DNA of 64,000 nucleotides from Patescibacteria group bacterium (lineage in GTDB: Bacteria > Patescibacteriota > Patescibacteriia > UBA1558 > S5-K13). The DNA lies in NCBI GenBank assembly GCA_028692545.1, contig JAQUXC010000004.1, positions 630 to 64,629 on the forward strand, read 5' to 3'. The notes under the pieces are model-generated. The model had not been told where the DNA came from and searched no databases. It saw only the letters and a program-made list of their open reading frames with translations. The first letter of the stretch is position 1. Each line of letters opens with the position of its first letter. The position numbers and the translations under genes were made by a program. Shown one piece after another: positions 1 to 9,326 of this stretch.

Positions 1-1087
1 GTGTTGGTTTAATATTCTCACACAAGTCCTTGATACTTTTACTCATTCCTGTTCCATATACCAACCTATCATTATCATATTTAGAAATTCCTACAATTGG
101 AATATTTATATTTATTTTCCTGAATAATTTAGAAATGTAATCAACTTGTGGTTTTCCACCGTCTATCATTATCAAATCGGGTCTTTGCCATTCATTATGA
201 TTTAATCTTCTTGAAATTACTTCTTCAAGTGCTCTTTCATCATCCCCTGCTGGTGCAGTTTTTATTTTAAATAATCTGTATTCATTTTTGTTTGCCTCAC
301 CATTTTCAAAAACAACCATTGATCCATATGATTCATGACCTCCAAAATGTGAAATATCATAGCCCTCTATTCTATTTATTTTCTCATTTATATCATCTTC
401 GTTTGTAAGAAGTGATACATCTTGGATATGTTTTAAAAATTTTGCTTTCTCAGGAGATTCTTCCATTAATTTTTTTAATAATCGTTTTTTTTCTCCGGAC
501 AGAAACAAAATAATATTAGAAATATTCTTTTTGTAATCTTTTTTTGATATTTCTGAAATACAAGTTCCTGGACATAATCCAATTTGATAATCAAAACAAG
601 GTTTTCCATTATTTGGAACACATGTGCTATATGGAAATATTCGTCTTATAATTTTTAGTGCATTTTGAATAAGATAAAGTGATTGATAAGGGCCAAATAC
701 TGCAAATTTATTTACAGGAAATTTGTGCAATTCACGTTCTCTTATTAATTTAACTTTTGGAAAATCACTATTTTTATCAATTGCAATGTAGATAAAAGAT
801 CTATTGTCTTTGTCTTTTATATTATATTTTGGCCAATATTTTTTGATATTTTTTGCTTCTAATATAATTGCTTCAAGTAAATTATCTGTTTCAATATATT
901 TAATATCATATGCGAGTGATACCATTTCAGCAATTCTTATATCAATATTTTTTTGAAAGTATTGTGAAACTCTGTTTTTCAAACTTGTTGCACGACCAAC
1001 ATAAAGAATGTGTTTATTTTTATCTATAAAAAAATATACCCCGCTAGATTTAGGAAATTTTTTAATTTTATCTTTTAATTTTGTCAT
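1..1087 (-). CDS. uvrC: Excinuclease ABC subunit C, N-terminal about 360 aa; the C-terminus lies beyond the window start
   Basis: Reverse translation from the ATG at 1087 gives MTKLKDKIKKFPKSSGVYFFIDKNKHILYVGRATSLKNRVSQYF, which is the GIY-YIG motif region, then FGPY...CPGTC...VVFENG...PDLIMIDGG blocks typical of UvrC. The ORF is open to position 1 and is absent from the ORF track because it is truncated. Confidence 0.8.
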   Translation of the reverse strand, partial: MTKLKDKIKKFPKSSGVYFFIDKNKHILYVGRATSLKNRVSQYFQKNIDIRIAEMVSLAYDIKYIETDNLLEAIILEAKNIKKYWPKYNIKDKDNRSFIYIAIDKNSDFPKVKLIRERELHKFPVNKFAVFGPYQSLYLIQNALKIIRRIFPYSTCVPNNGKPCFDYQIGLCPGTCISEISKKDYKKNISNIILFLSGEKKRLLKKLMEESPEKAKFLKHIQDVSLLTNEDDINEKINRIEGYDISHFGGHESYGSMVVFENGEANKNEYRLFKIKTAPAGDDERALEEVISRRLNHNEWQRPDLIMIDGGKPQVDYISKLFRKININIPIVGISKYDNDRLVYGTGMSKSIKDLCENIKPT

Positions 1088-1120
1088 GAATTAATATTAT
1101 AATAAATAGCTAATTTTGAC

Positions 1121-1154
1121 TATATCCTGTGAGATGATATTATCTCACAGGATA
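1121..1154. repeat. 34-nt perfect inverted repeat atatcctgtgagat-gatatt-atctcacaggatat between uvrC and the RAYT gene
   Basis: Seen directly; 14-bp arms with a 6-nt spacer. It lies 34 nt upstream of the uvrC start and 58 nt upstream of the RAYT start. Confidence 0.6.
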
Positions 1155-1211
1155 TATTGACATATAAATTAGAAATAATAAGATATATACATAATCATTT
1201 GAAAAGCGATT

Positions 1212-1826
1212 ATGAACAAAAATAAAGCCTTATTATTCAAAAATAAATATAGAATTGAATCAATTCGATTAAAAAATTGGGATTATTCTGATCCTGGTTT
1301 TTATTTTATTACCATTTGTATAAAAGATAGAGAAAATATATTTGGTGAAATCATTGATGGAAAAATGGTTTTAAATATATATGGGTATATTGTGAAATAT
1401 TGTTGTCGTGATTTACCAAATCATTATAAAAATTGTATTGTGGATTCATATGTAATAATGCCGAATCATTTCCATGGGATAATACAAATCAAAGATGCGG
1501 TTCGCGTTGGGATGGTTCGCGACGCATTTGTAGAGACGATTCATGAATCGTCTCTACGCGAACCATCCCAACGGGTCCGACGTGAATCGTCCAAATGCAA
1601 ACACAACACAAAACAACGACGTAAAATGTTATTATCAAAAATAATTGGACGGTTCAAAATGCAATCATCCAAAAAAATCAATTTGGTAAATCACGCAATA
1701 TATTTTCGTTGGCAAAAATCATATTACGAATACATAATCAGAAATGAACAATCATTATATAGAATTCGACAATATATAAAAAACAATCCAATAAATTGGG
1801 ATTGCGACAGAAATAATAACAAATAA
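1212..1826 (+). CDS. IS200-like/RAYT-type Y1 (HuH) transposase (COG1943-like) with an in-frame palindromic insert
   Basis: HuH motif MPNHFHGII; C-terminal WQKSYYEYIIRNEQSLYRIRQYIKNNPINW matches the YYDHIIR...YI.NNP..W signature of REP-associated tyrosine transposases. Confidence 0.7.
   Translation: MNKNKALLFKNKYRIESIRLKNWDYSDPGFYFITICIKDRENIFGEIIDGKMVLNIYGYIVKYCCRDLPNHYKNCIVDSYVIMPNHFHGIIQIKDAVRVGMVRDAFVETIHESSLREPSQRVRRESSKCKHNTKQRRKMLLSKIIGRFKMQSSKKINLVNHAIYFRWQKSYYEYIIRNEQSLYRIRQYIKNNPINWDCDRNNNK
1503..1575. repeat. GC-rich compound palindrome inside the RAYT ORF
   Basis: Outer arms cgcgttgggatggttcgcg and cgcgaaccatcccaacggg (17/19 complementary) enclose a perfect 26-nt palindrome tagagacgattcatgaatcgtctcta. 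Translated in frame as VRVGMVRDAFVETIHESSLREPSQRV, about 30 aa extra between the HuH motif and the catalytic Tyr region. Confidence 0.7.
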
Positions 1827-1827
1827 T

Positions 1828-2019
1828 TTATTTATTTTTCTGTTTTTTAATTATTTTTACAACCCCAAAAATCACGAACAATAATCCCAATCCTTGTGCG
1901 CCGGGACTATCATCATATCCGCCATAAACAAATATAAAAATACCGAACAGTATTAATGGAATTAAATATAATAGTTTTTTGAGTTTCATATAATTTTTCT
2001 TTTTCTTATCTCTAAACAT
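1828..2019 (-). CDS. Small 2-TM membrane protein; the likely start is the internal MKLKKLL
   Basis: Hydrophobic LYLIPLILFGIFIFVY and GLGLLFVIFGVV segments; a truncated paralog sits at 3240-3353. Confidence 0.4.
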   Translation of the reverse strand: MFRDKKKKNYMKLKKLLYLIPLILFGIFIFVYGGYDDSPGAQGLGLLFVIFGVVKIIKKQKNK

Positions 2020-2058
2020 AAATTATTCCCGCCTCAATATAATTTATAATTGTTCCGA

Positions 2059-2086
2059 AATCCCGCTTCGCGGGATTATTTTTCAT
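2059..2086 (+). terminator. Hairpin aatcccgc-ttc-gcgggatt followed by atttttcat
   Basis: 8-bp GC-rich stem and T tract on the + strand. Which transcript it terminates is unclear. Confidence 0.4.
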
Positions 2087-2119
2087 ATAGGTTTGTTAAG
2101 AATTTATTTTACAACAACA

Positions 2120-3181
2120 TTATTTTATAATTTTATATCTTGTGCTTCTTCCCTGACCAATTCTTTCAACTAATCTAAGTGTTAATAATTTTCTAAGTGC
2201 TTGTTTGATAGTAACTAGTGGAATATAATTATTTAATTTTTCATTAATTTCTGAAACACTCAAAGTTTCTCCATTTTTTAATAATTCAAAAACTATCTCT
2301 TGTTTTCCTGACAAAAGTTTTTCTGGTTGTTGTAAGTTCATTAATTCTTTTGCTTTTTCTGCTTGTATGAATAATTTATCAAGAAAAAAACTTAACCATG
2401 GAGTAATATCCTCATTCTTTGTTTTATGGTTTTTTTGAGTAGCTCTAAGTGAAAGATAATAATCATCTTTATTATCTTCTATTATTTCATCAATAGAAAT
2501 ATATGGAACATATGCATAATTATTACGAAGTAAAAGTAAATTTGTAAGAGCTCTGCTTAAACGACCATTTCCATCAAGAAAAGGATGGATAGCTAAAAAT
2601 TCAAATATAAAATTTGCAATAATCAAAATTGGATGTAATTCTTTTTTATCAAATTGTTCATTTGTCCAAGAAATAATTGATTCCATTTCTGGTTTTACTA
2701 AATAAGGTTTTGTTGGATTAAATAAAACAATTTCTTCTCCTGTTTCATTTTTCATTATTACTGTATTTTCTGAACTTTTATATTTCCCTAAATGAGATTG
2801 ATCTTTCTTTGAAAATTGCAAAAGAATACTATGAAATTGAAGTATGTTATTTTCTGTTAATTTAAGTGTATTATAATTATCAAAAATTTTACCAAGCAAG
2901 TCAGCATAACCAGCGACCTCTTCTTCGTCACGATTTTTAGGTGGATTGAGTTTTAATCCGCGAAGCAATCTAGCCACTTCTTCATCTGTCATTTTTGATC
3001 CTTCAATACGAGTAGAAGCACCAGTGGAAGTTATAATAACAGAAGATTTCAGGCGACCTAAAATTTGTGGATTAAGTTTCAAACTTCCACGCCAAAGACC
3101 CTTAAATTCATCTATTTTAGTTATTTTACCTAGTATTTCTTGATTTAATTTAATTCTATCGTAAAATCTATCTTTTTCCAT
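2120..3181 (-). CDS. Fic family protein (class II, with N-terminal inhibitory motif) and C-terminal wHTH-like region
   Basis: Fic active-site motif HPFLDGNGRLSRAL; inhibitory (S/T)xxxE(G/N) motif as STRIEG near the N-terminus. Confidence 0.85.
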   Translation of the reverse strand: MEKDRFYDRIKLNQEILGKITKIDEFKGLWRGSLKLNPQILGRLKSSVIITSTGASTRIEGSKMTDEEVARLLRGLKLNPPKNRDEEEVAGYADLLGKIFDNYNTLKLTENNILQFHSILLQFSKKDQSHLGKYKSSENTVIMKNETGEEIVLFNPTKPYLVKPEMESIISWTNEQFDKKELHPILIIANFIFEFLAIHPFLDGNGRLSRALTNLLLLRNNYAYVPYISIDEIIEDNKDDYYLSLRATQKNHKTKNEDITPWLSFFLDKLFIQAEKAKELMNLQQPEKLLSGKQEIVFELLKNGETLSVSEINEKLNNYIPLVTIKQALRKLLTLRLVERIGQGRSTRYKIIK

Positions 3182-3239
3182 ATTTTTAATGTTTTAATCA
3201 TATATATTTAACTATATACGATTATATACGAAAGTATCT

Positions 3240-3353
3240 AAAAAGTCAAATCCCAGGGCTACGCCGAAGCCTTGGCGAAGGCGAGGCCATAAAAAAACAC
3301 AAAAATACCGAATAGTATTAATGGAATTAAATATAATAGTTTTTTAGTTTTCA
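3240..3353 (-). pseudogene. Truncated paralog of the 1828-2019 small membrane ORF, cut short by a GC-rich element
   Basis: Reverse strand reads MKTKKLLYLIPLILFGIFVFFYGLAFAKASA-stop. Nucleotides about 3286-3353 match 1921-1988 with about 3 differences. Confidence 0.45.
3252..3288. repeat. GC-rich mini-element cccagggctacgccgaagccttggcgaaggcgaggcc
   Basis: Isolated GC island in AT-rich DNA. It shares the motifs gctacg / cgaaggcga(g) with the islands at 4772-4803 and 22036-22070. Confidence 0.5.
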
Positions 3354-3365
3354 TGTGGGCTTATT

Positions 3366-3632
3366 TTAAATTTTAGCTTTATTTAATATATTATCAATTA
3401 TCCAATATTTGTAATTACCAATATTTAAATAATTATATATTTTTGAATCAAATAAGGATTCATAACCTTTTATTTTTAATTCATTTGATAAACTATCTAA
3501 AAATGTTGTCTTGCCTTCTCCCCATTTACCAGAAATGCCAAAAATAAATGATTCATTTTGGATATTATCATAATTTTTTTCTATAATATCTACAACATTT
3601 TTTATAAATTTTTCTCTACTTTTTATTTGCAT
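3366..3632 (-). pseudogene. 88-aa fragment resembling the N-terminus of a KAP-family P-loop NTPase
   Basis: GISGKWGEGKTTFL matches the KAP NTPase Walker A pattern GxxGxWGxGKT. At 88 aa it is far too short for an intact KAP NTPase. Confidence 0.4.
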
Positions 3633-3687
3633 ATATTTACTAATTCATATTTTATCTAATACTAATCTTTATAATATTCTAATTTAC

Positions 3688-6204
3688 CTATTTCTTCAAA
3701 TAACTCTTCAAATATTCCCCAGTCACACTTTTTTCATTTCTAACAATATCTTCAGGTGTTCCATAAGCAATTACACGACCACCATTTTCTCCACCATCAG
3801 GACCCAAGTCAATTATATAATCCATTGATTTTATAACATGCAAATTATGCTCAATAATCAGAATTGTGTTTCCACGTTCTACAAGTTTGTTTAACACGTG
3901 GAGCAACAATTCAATATCATGATAATGAAGTCCTGTTGTGGGCTCATCCAACAAATACAATGTGCGTTTTCCAAGTGTGTTTGTAAGCTCTTTTGCGAGT
4001 TTTATGCGCTGAGCTTCTCCACCTGAAAGAGTTGTTGCTGATTGTCCCAGCTTCAAATATCCAAGTCCAACTTCTATTAGAACTTTTAATTTATCAGTTA
4101 TAAAGTAATTTCCGTCAAAAAGTTTGTATGCCTCATCAATTGTGAGGTCTAGCACATCAGCAATACTATGATTTTTGTATTTTACTTGTAATGTTTCTCT
4201 GTTAAATCTTTTGCCATGACATACTTCACACTCCACAAGTACTGGTGGTAAAAAATGCATTTCAATAAGGTTAAATCCTGCTCCAGAACACGCTTCACAT
4301 CTTCCACCTGCTCGATTGAATGAAAAACGAGATAATGTATATGCTCTTTCACGTGATTCTGGAAGTTCTGCAAAAAATTCTCTAATTGGTGAAAATATTC
4401 CAGTATATGTTGCTGGATTTGATCGTGGAGTTCGACCAATTGGTGATTGATTTATAATTACTAATTTATCAACATATTCTAATCCTTTTATTTCTTTTAC
4501 ATTTTCTAAATTTGGTTTTGCGGGTCTACTCATAATCTTTGAAACATTTTTGTATAACACATCATATATAAGAGATGATTTTCCACTTCCTGAAACTCCA
4601 GTAATACTAACCATACGGCCAAGAGGAATTTCTACATTTACTCCTTTTAGATTATTTGCTTTTGCACCTATAATTTTTATAGCTCCTTTATTTTTCTCAC
4701 GTCGGTGTGCAGGAACTTCGATTTTTCTCTGTCCTCTTAAATATTGCAAAGTCAAAGATTTTTGGAATTTTGATCGCGACGTAGCCGAAGGCGAAGTCGG
4801 ATCAAGTAATTCTAAAGTATTTCCAATTGCCATGACTTCCCCTCCGTGAACTCCAGCAAGAGGTCCAAGATCTACTAAATAATCTGATTCAAGAATAGTT
4901 CTTTCGTCGTGCTCAACAATTATTACAGTATTATTTTTATCGCGTAATGCTTTTAGAGTTTCAATTAATCTGTCAGTGTCTCTTTCATGGAGTCCAATTG
5001 TTGGCTCATCTAAAACATATAGTGTTCGAGAAAGTTGAGATCCAATCTGTGATGATAATCTTATACGTTGTGCTTCTCCACCTGACAATGTTTCTGCTTC
5101 ACGACTAAGTGATAAATAATTCAATCCAACTTTTGATAAAAACTCATATCTATTTATAATTTGATTAATTACCAAATCAGCAATTGCCTTTTGTCGCTTT
5201 GTCATTTTGTCTTGGAAGTGTTTGAAAAATTCAATTGCCTTATCAATAGACAAATCACAAACTTCTGCAATATTCTTTTTGTTTATTTTTACTGACAATG
5301 CTTCATCACGTAATCTTCTACCATTACATTTGTCACATACTTTTCCTTTGAAACCAATTTTTCCCAAACCAGAACATTTTTCACATGCACCATGAGGAGA
5401 ATTAAATGAAAATAATCTTGGCTCTACTTCTGGAAATGAAAAACTATCATTTGGACAAGTCCAGTTTGACGATAATAAAAATTCTTCTTTGTTTATTTGA
5501 ACAACTACAAGACCTTTACTATATGCTAGTGAACTTTCTACTGCTTCAAATAATCTCGTTTCATCAGTTAGCATTACCTTATCAACTACCAAATCAATGC
5601 TGTGCTTTTTCTTTGGGTCTAATACAATTTTTTCTCGAAGTGAATGCATTTTTCCATCAACTCTAACTTCTCCATAGCCAAGTTTTAGATAATCATAAAG
5701 CATTTGATAATATTCACCTTTTCTGTCCATGACAATTGGTGAAAGTATTACTGCAAAGTCCTTATCACCTACTTTTTTAGAAATAATAATATCTATCATT
5801 TCCTCAAGAGATAATTTTTCTATTTTTGTTCCGCAAAGTGGACAAAATACTTCACCAACTCTCGCATAAAGAATTCTTAAGTAATCATAAATATCAGTAA
5901 GTGTTCCAACTGTAGACCTTGGATTATGTGATAGAGCTTTTTGGTCAATAGAAATTGATGGAGCAAGTCCAATTATTTCATCAACATCAGCGGGTTTTTT
6001 TTGTCCCAAAAATTGTCTCATGTATGGTGAAAGTGACTCAACATATTGACGCTGACCTTCAGCAAAAATTGTATCAAAAGCAAGAGACGATTTCCCACTT
6101 CCAGAAAGTCCTGTTATTACTGTTAATTTGTTGTGCGGAATTTCTAAATCTATGTTTTTTAGATTATGCATTCTCGCACCATGTATAATTATTTTTTCTT
6201 CCAT
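3688..6204 (-). CDS. uvrA: Excinuclease ABC subunit A
   Basis: Two ABC modules ([14 protein letters not shown] and [13 protein letters not shown]), LSGGEAQR signature repeats, and Zn-finger Cys clusters. Confidence 0.95.
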   Translation of the reverse strand: MEEKIIIHGARMHNLKNIDLEIPHNKLTVITGLSGSGKSSLAFDTIFAEGQRQYVESLSPYMRQFLGQKKPADVDEIIGLAPSISIDQKALSHNPRSTVGTLTDIYDYLRILYARVGEVFCPLCGTKIEKLSLEEMIDIIISKKVGDKDFAVILSPIVMDRKGEYYQMLYDYLKLGYGEVRVDGKMHSLREKIVLDPKKKHSIDLVVDKVMLTDETRLFEAVESSLAYSKGLVVVQINKEEFLLSSNWTCPNDSFSFPEVEPRLFSFNSPHGACEKCSGLGKIGFKGKVCDKCNGRRLRDEALSVKINKKNIAEVCDLSIDKAIEFFKHFQDKMTKRQKAIADLVINQIINRYEFLSKVGLNYLSLSREAETLSGGEAQRIRLSSQIGSQLSRTLYVLDEPTIGLHERDTDRLIETLKALRDKNNTVIIVEHDERTILESDYLVDLGPLAGVHGGEVMAIGNTLELLDPTSPSATSRSKFQKSLTLQYLRGQRKIEVPAHRREKNKGAIKIIGAKANNLKGVNVEIPLGRMVSITGVSGSGKSSLIYDVLYKNVSKIMSRPAKPNLENVKEIKGLEYVDKLVIINQSPIGRTPRSNPATYTGIFSPIREFFAELPESRERAYTLSRFSFNRAGGRCEACSGAGFNLIEMHFLPPVLVECEVCHGKRFNRETLQVKYKNHSIADVLDLTIDEAYKLFDGNYFITDKLKVLIEVGLGYLKLGQSATTLSGGEAQRIKLAKELTNTLGKRTLYLLDEPTTGLHYHDIELLLHVLNKLVERGNTILIIEHNLHVIKSMDYIIDLGPDGGENGGRVIAYGTPEDIVRNEKSVTGEYLKSYLKK
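4772..4803. repeat. GC-rich palindromic insert, in frame, in the uvrA inter-domain linker
   Basis: gatcgcgacgtagccgaaggcgaagtcggatc encodes [11 protein letters not shown] between ...GNTLELL and [11 protein letters not shown]. The E. coli linker is shorter here (recalled from memory). Confidence 0.5.
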
Positions 6205-6219
6205 ATACTAATTTTTTTA

Positions 6220-6294
6220 TGCCAATATACAAATGACATACCAATTATACAAATGACATTCGTATTATTGGTATAAATTTGTATATTAGTATTA
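6220..6294. repeat. Intergenic repeat element, copy A (uvrA upstream region)
   Basis: tgccaatatacaaatgacataccaattatacaaatgacattcgtattattggtataaatttgtatattagtattat. Near-identical cores occur at 17038-17180 and 39272-39475. Confidence 0.55.
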
Positions 6295-6297
6295 TAT

Positions 6298-8157
6298 TTA
6301 CTCGTTATTATTGGCAATATCCAAGAAATCTTCTATATCCTTTATTATAGTTTTTGGAACAATGTTATTCTTTTTATTATATTCAATTTGCTTTTTTCTA
6401 CGTCTTTCTACTTCTTTTATTGCCTTTTTCATTGAGTCAGTTGTTTTATCAGCATAAAGAATTATTTTTCCTTTTACATTTCGCGCTGCACGACCCATTG
6501 TTTGCATAAGCGATGTCTCACTTCTTAAAAATCCTTCACGATCAGCATCAAGTATTGCAACAAGAGTTACTTCTGGTAAATCCAATCCTTCACGAAGTAA
6601 ATTTACACCGATCAAAACATCAAATTTTCCAAGACGAAAGTTTTTTAGTATTTCATTTCTTTCAAAAGTTTTTACATCAGAGTGTACATAATTAGATCTA
6701 AATTTATGTTCAGTTAAATACGCATGCAAATCCTCAGCTTGTTTTTTTGTTAAAGTATTTACAATTACTCTCTCATGTATTTTTGCAAGTCTTTCAATCT
6801 CATCCATTATGTCATTTATTTGGCTTCTGTTGGTTTTTTTATCGAACACTGGTCTAATTTCCACTTCTGGGTCAATGAGGCCTGTAGGACGTATAATTTG
6901 CTCTACAATGGCCTTAGAATGCTCATATTCGAACTTTCCAGGAGTTGCAGTTGTAAAAATTACTTGCCCAATTCTTTTTTTAAATTCTTCAAATCTCAGT
7001 GGTCTATTATCAAGTGCAGATGGCAATCTCCAACCATATTTTACAAGCGCTTGTTTTCTACTTCTATCACCTTCATACATTCCACCAATTTGTGGAACTG
7101 CAATATGTGATTCATCTATAATTGTTAAAAAATCTGGTTTGCCATTTTTTACAGGAAAATATGCGAGTAATGAGTCGGGTGATTCTCCGGCTAATTTTCC
7201 TGACAAATGTCTTGAGTAATTTTCTATTCCATGACAATATCCAATTGATCTAATCATTTCCATATCATATTTAGTACGTCTCTCTAATCTTTCAGCTTCT
7301 AAATACAATTTATTTTTTTTAAAATAAGATAATCTTTCTTTCAATTCTGCTTTTATATTTTTCAAAGCAATTTTTATCTGAGGTGCGTTTGATATAAAAT
7401 GCTTCGGAGGAAAAATTAATATCTCTCTTAAATTTTCTAAAATATTTTGGGTAACATTATCTACAACATCAATACTTTCTATTTTTTGATCTTTTAATTC
7501 AATTCTATAAGTAATATCTTGGTCCATTGGTTTTAATTCAAACACATCACCTCTTATTCTAAATTGTCCACGAGTCAAAACTCCGCTCGTTCTTTCAAAT
7601 TGAATTCTTACAAATTGTGTTATTAAATCAGCTCTTACAATTTCTTGATCTTTTTCTAAATGAATTGATGATTCTTGATAATTTTCCGGAACTCCTAAAT
7701 TATAAATACATGAAACAGATGCAACAACTATTACATCTCGCCTTGTTGATAATGCAGTTGTAGCACCATGGCGAAGTTTATCAATCTCCTGATTTATCAT
7801 TGCTTCTTTATCAATATAGGTATCAGTAATTGGCAAATATGCTTCTGGTTGATAATAATCATAATAAGAAACAAAATAATGAACTGCGTTTTCAGGGAAA
7901 AAGTTTTTATATTCTCTGTATAATTGTGCTGCTAATGATTTGTTTGGTGCAATTACAAGAACGGGTTTATCAATACCAGAGATAATATTTGCGACTGTAA
8001 ATGTTTTACCAGATCCTGTGACACCCATAAGTGTTTCAAAATCAAAACCTTTCTCAAGTCCCTTTTTGAGTTTCATAATTGCCTCTGGTTGATCGCCAGC
8101 TGGCTTAAATGAAGATTTTAATTTAAATAGTTTTGCCATATTTATTTTCGGTAACAT
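6298..8157 (-). CDS. uvrB: Excinuclease ABC subunit B
   Basis: GVTGSGKTFT Walker A, YYDYYQPEAY block, helicase motifs, and a C-terminal UvrB/UvrC interaction region. Confidence 0.95.
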   Translation of the reverse strand: MLPKINMAKLFKLKSSFKPAGDQPEAIMKLKKGLEKGFDFETLMGVTGSGKTFTVANIISGIDKPVLVIAPNKSLAAQLYREYKNFFPENAVHYFVSYYDYYQPEAYLPITDTYIDKEAMINQEIDKLRHGATTALSTRRDVIVVASVSCIYNLGVPENYQESSIHLEKDQEIVRADLITQFVRIQFERTSGVLTRGQFRIRGDVFELKPMDQDITYRIELKDQKIESIDVVDNVTQNILENLREILIFPPKHFISNAPQIKIALKNIKAELKERLSYFKKNKLYLEAERLERRTKYDMEMIRSIGYCHGIENYSRHLSGKLAGESPDSLLAYFPVKNGKPDFLTIIDESHIAVPQIGGMYEGDRSRKQALVKYGWRLPSALDNRPLRFEEFKKRIGQVIFTTATPGKFEYEHSKAIVEQIIRPTGLIDPEVEIRPVFDKKTNRSQINDIMDEIERLAKIHERVIVNTLTKKQAEDLHAYLTEHKFRSNYVHSDVKTFERNEILKNFRLGKFDVLIGVNLLREGLDLPEVTLVAILDADREGFLRSETSLMQTMGRAARNVKGKIILYADKTTDSMKKAIKEVERRRKKQIEYNKKNNIVPKTIIKDIEDFLDIANNNE

Positions 8158-8218
8158 TATTACGATTCATAAAACTATACGTTTTATATTTTTTATTTTT
8201 TGTAGTTTTTTTCTATTC

Positions 8219-8240
8219 CACCCTTTTCTAGAAAAGGGTG
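8219..8240. promoter_or_regulatory. Perfect 22-nt palindrome cacccttttctagaaaagggtg in the divergent uvrB / 8625-gene intergenic region
   Basis: Exact dyad symmetry seen directly; operator-like. Confidence 0.4.
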
Positions 8241-8287
8241 TAGCCTAAAAGTCGCGAGCACATAAAAATTTTTAAATTTATCATTTC

Positions 8288-8345
8288 GTCAAGCTAAAAC
8301 TTCAAATGTTACCTATCGGTAACTTGAAGTTTTTTTACGCTTGAC
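8288..8345 (+). terminator. Nested long hairpin (gtcaagc...acttcaaatgttacc-tatc-ggtaacttgaagt + T7...gcttgac)
   Basis: 13-bp stem followed by a run of seven T on the + strand, inside a 470-bp intergenic region. Could be an intrinsic terminator for an unannotated short transcript or an attenuator. Confidence 0.4.
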
Positions 8346-8429
8346 TACACTCAAATTTTAATAAAATTTTCATAAGCTCGCAAATAAAATCAGATACAAT
8401 TTTAGATTAAATTGTGCAGTTTAGAAGTT

Positions 8430-8449
8430 AACGTAAGACGTCTTACGTT
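8430..8449. promoter_or_regulatory. Perfect 20-nt palindrome aacgtaagacgtcttacgtt
   Basis: Exact dyad, seen directly. Followed by direct repeats of caacgaaac. Confidence 0.35.
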
Positions 8450-8624
8450 TAACGAAACTACCATCGTAGACATATATCATACAACGAAACCAACCACCTA
8501 TTGATGTATAGGGGTTGTATGAATAATTTAATTAATGTGAATTATAACAAAAAAATGCGTTTTTGACAACGTTAATTTAATGTGTTAGATTATTTAATCA
8601 AAACTAAATTTTCGGGAGGAAATA

Positions 8625-9278
8625 ATGACAAACCAAATATTGGTACCAAATCTTTTAGAGACAATAAACTTTGCTGGGAAATTATTCAGAGAGCGCTTAT
8701 TTTTTAATGTTTTTTCGTATTGTGTGATTCTTATCTTTGTTATTATGAGTAATATTTTGAATATTTATAGTTGGGGATGGGGAATTATTCCATGGTTTTT
8801 TATAGCTTTTATTCTTGGCTGGATATTGAGTAGGGTTAAAAATAAAATATCCCGCAAAGGATATTTTACAAAAAAAATAACCAGATGGATTAAATATCAA
8901 AAATCATATCATAAAGAAAACTTTGTAATGGGAATGTATTTTTGCATACAACATGGATTCCCAGAAATAGAATCTTATGAAGATAAGTTTTTTATAAAAC
9001 ATTATCTAGTAAAGAATTATATTCATTTTATGGATTTGGAATTTATTTTGTCCAATATAAAACTGCTTCAGTATTTAGGAGGTCCAGCAAATTCAGAAAT
9101 TGAATTCAACAAAATCGTCGCTGATTATGTTTTTGAAAAAATTCAAGAACATGAAAAATACAGGGAAGAACAAAACAAAGAACATACCTTCGGAGTAGAG
9201 ATGATTAAAAAATATCATACTTGGTTCAGTGACATAGCACTTCCCAAAGAACAAAGGGAATTCTATAAAAAGATATAA
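8625..9278 (+). CDS. Hypothetical membrane protein (2 TM plus cytoplasmic domain)
   Basis: GGGAGG Shine-Dalgarno 8 nt upstream; hydrophobic N-terminal segments. Confidence 0.6.
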   Translation: MTNQILVPNLLETINFAGKLFRERLFFNVFSYCVILIFVIMSNILNIYSWGWGIIPWFFIAFILGWILSRVKNKISRKGYFTKKITRWIKYQKSYHKENFVMGMYFCIQHGFPEIESYEDKFFIKHYLVKNYIHFMDLEFILSNIKLLQYLGGPANSEIEFNKIVADYVFEKIQEHEKYREEQNKEHTFGVEMIKKYHTWFSDIALPKEQREFYKKI

Positions 9279-9296
9279 TACACTAATAATAAAAAA

Positions 9297-9326
9297 TAAA
9301 ACGTCAGGCGAGGTCTGGCGTTTTTT
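9297..9326 (+). terminator. Intrinsic terminator
   Basis: aaaacgtcaggc-gag-gtctggcgtttttt: 8-bp stem with two G-U pairs, then T6. Confidence 0.6.

Noticed and set aside
4182-4439. Small ORFs nested inside uvrA/uvrB/ppdK/P-type ATPase (for example 4182-4439, 4550-4849, 6809-7219, 14404-14778, 18399-18875)
   Set aside because: They lie in alternative frames or antisense within well-supported long genes, have no motif support, and show low-complexity or codon-shadow composition.
8158-8624. Possible chromosomal origin (oriC), given the many dyads
   Set aside because: No DnaA-box (TTATCCACA-like) clusters seen and no dnaA/dnaN nearby.
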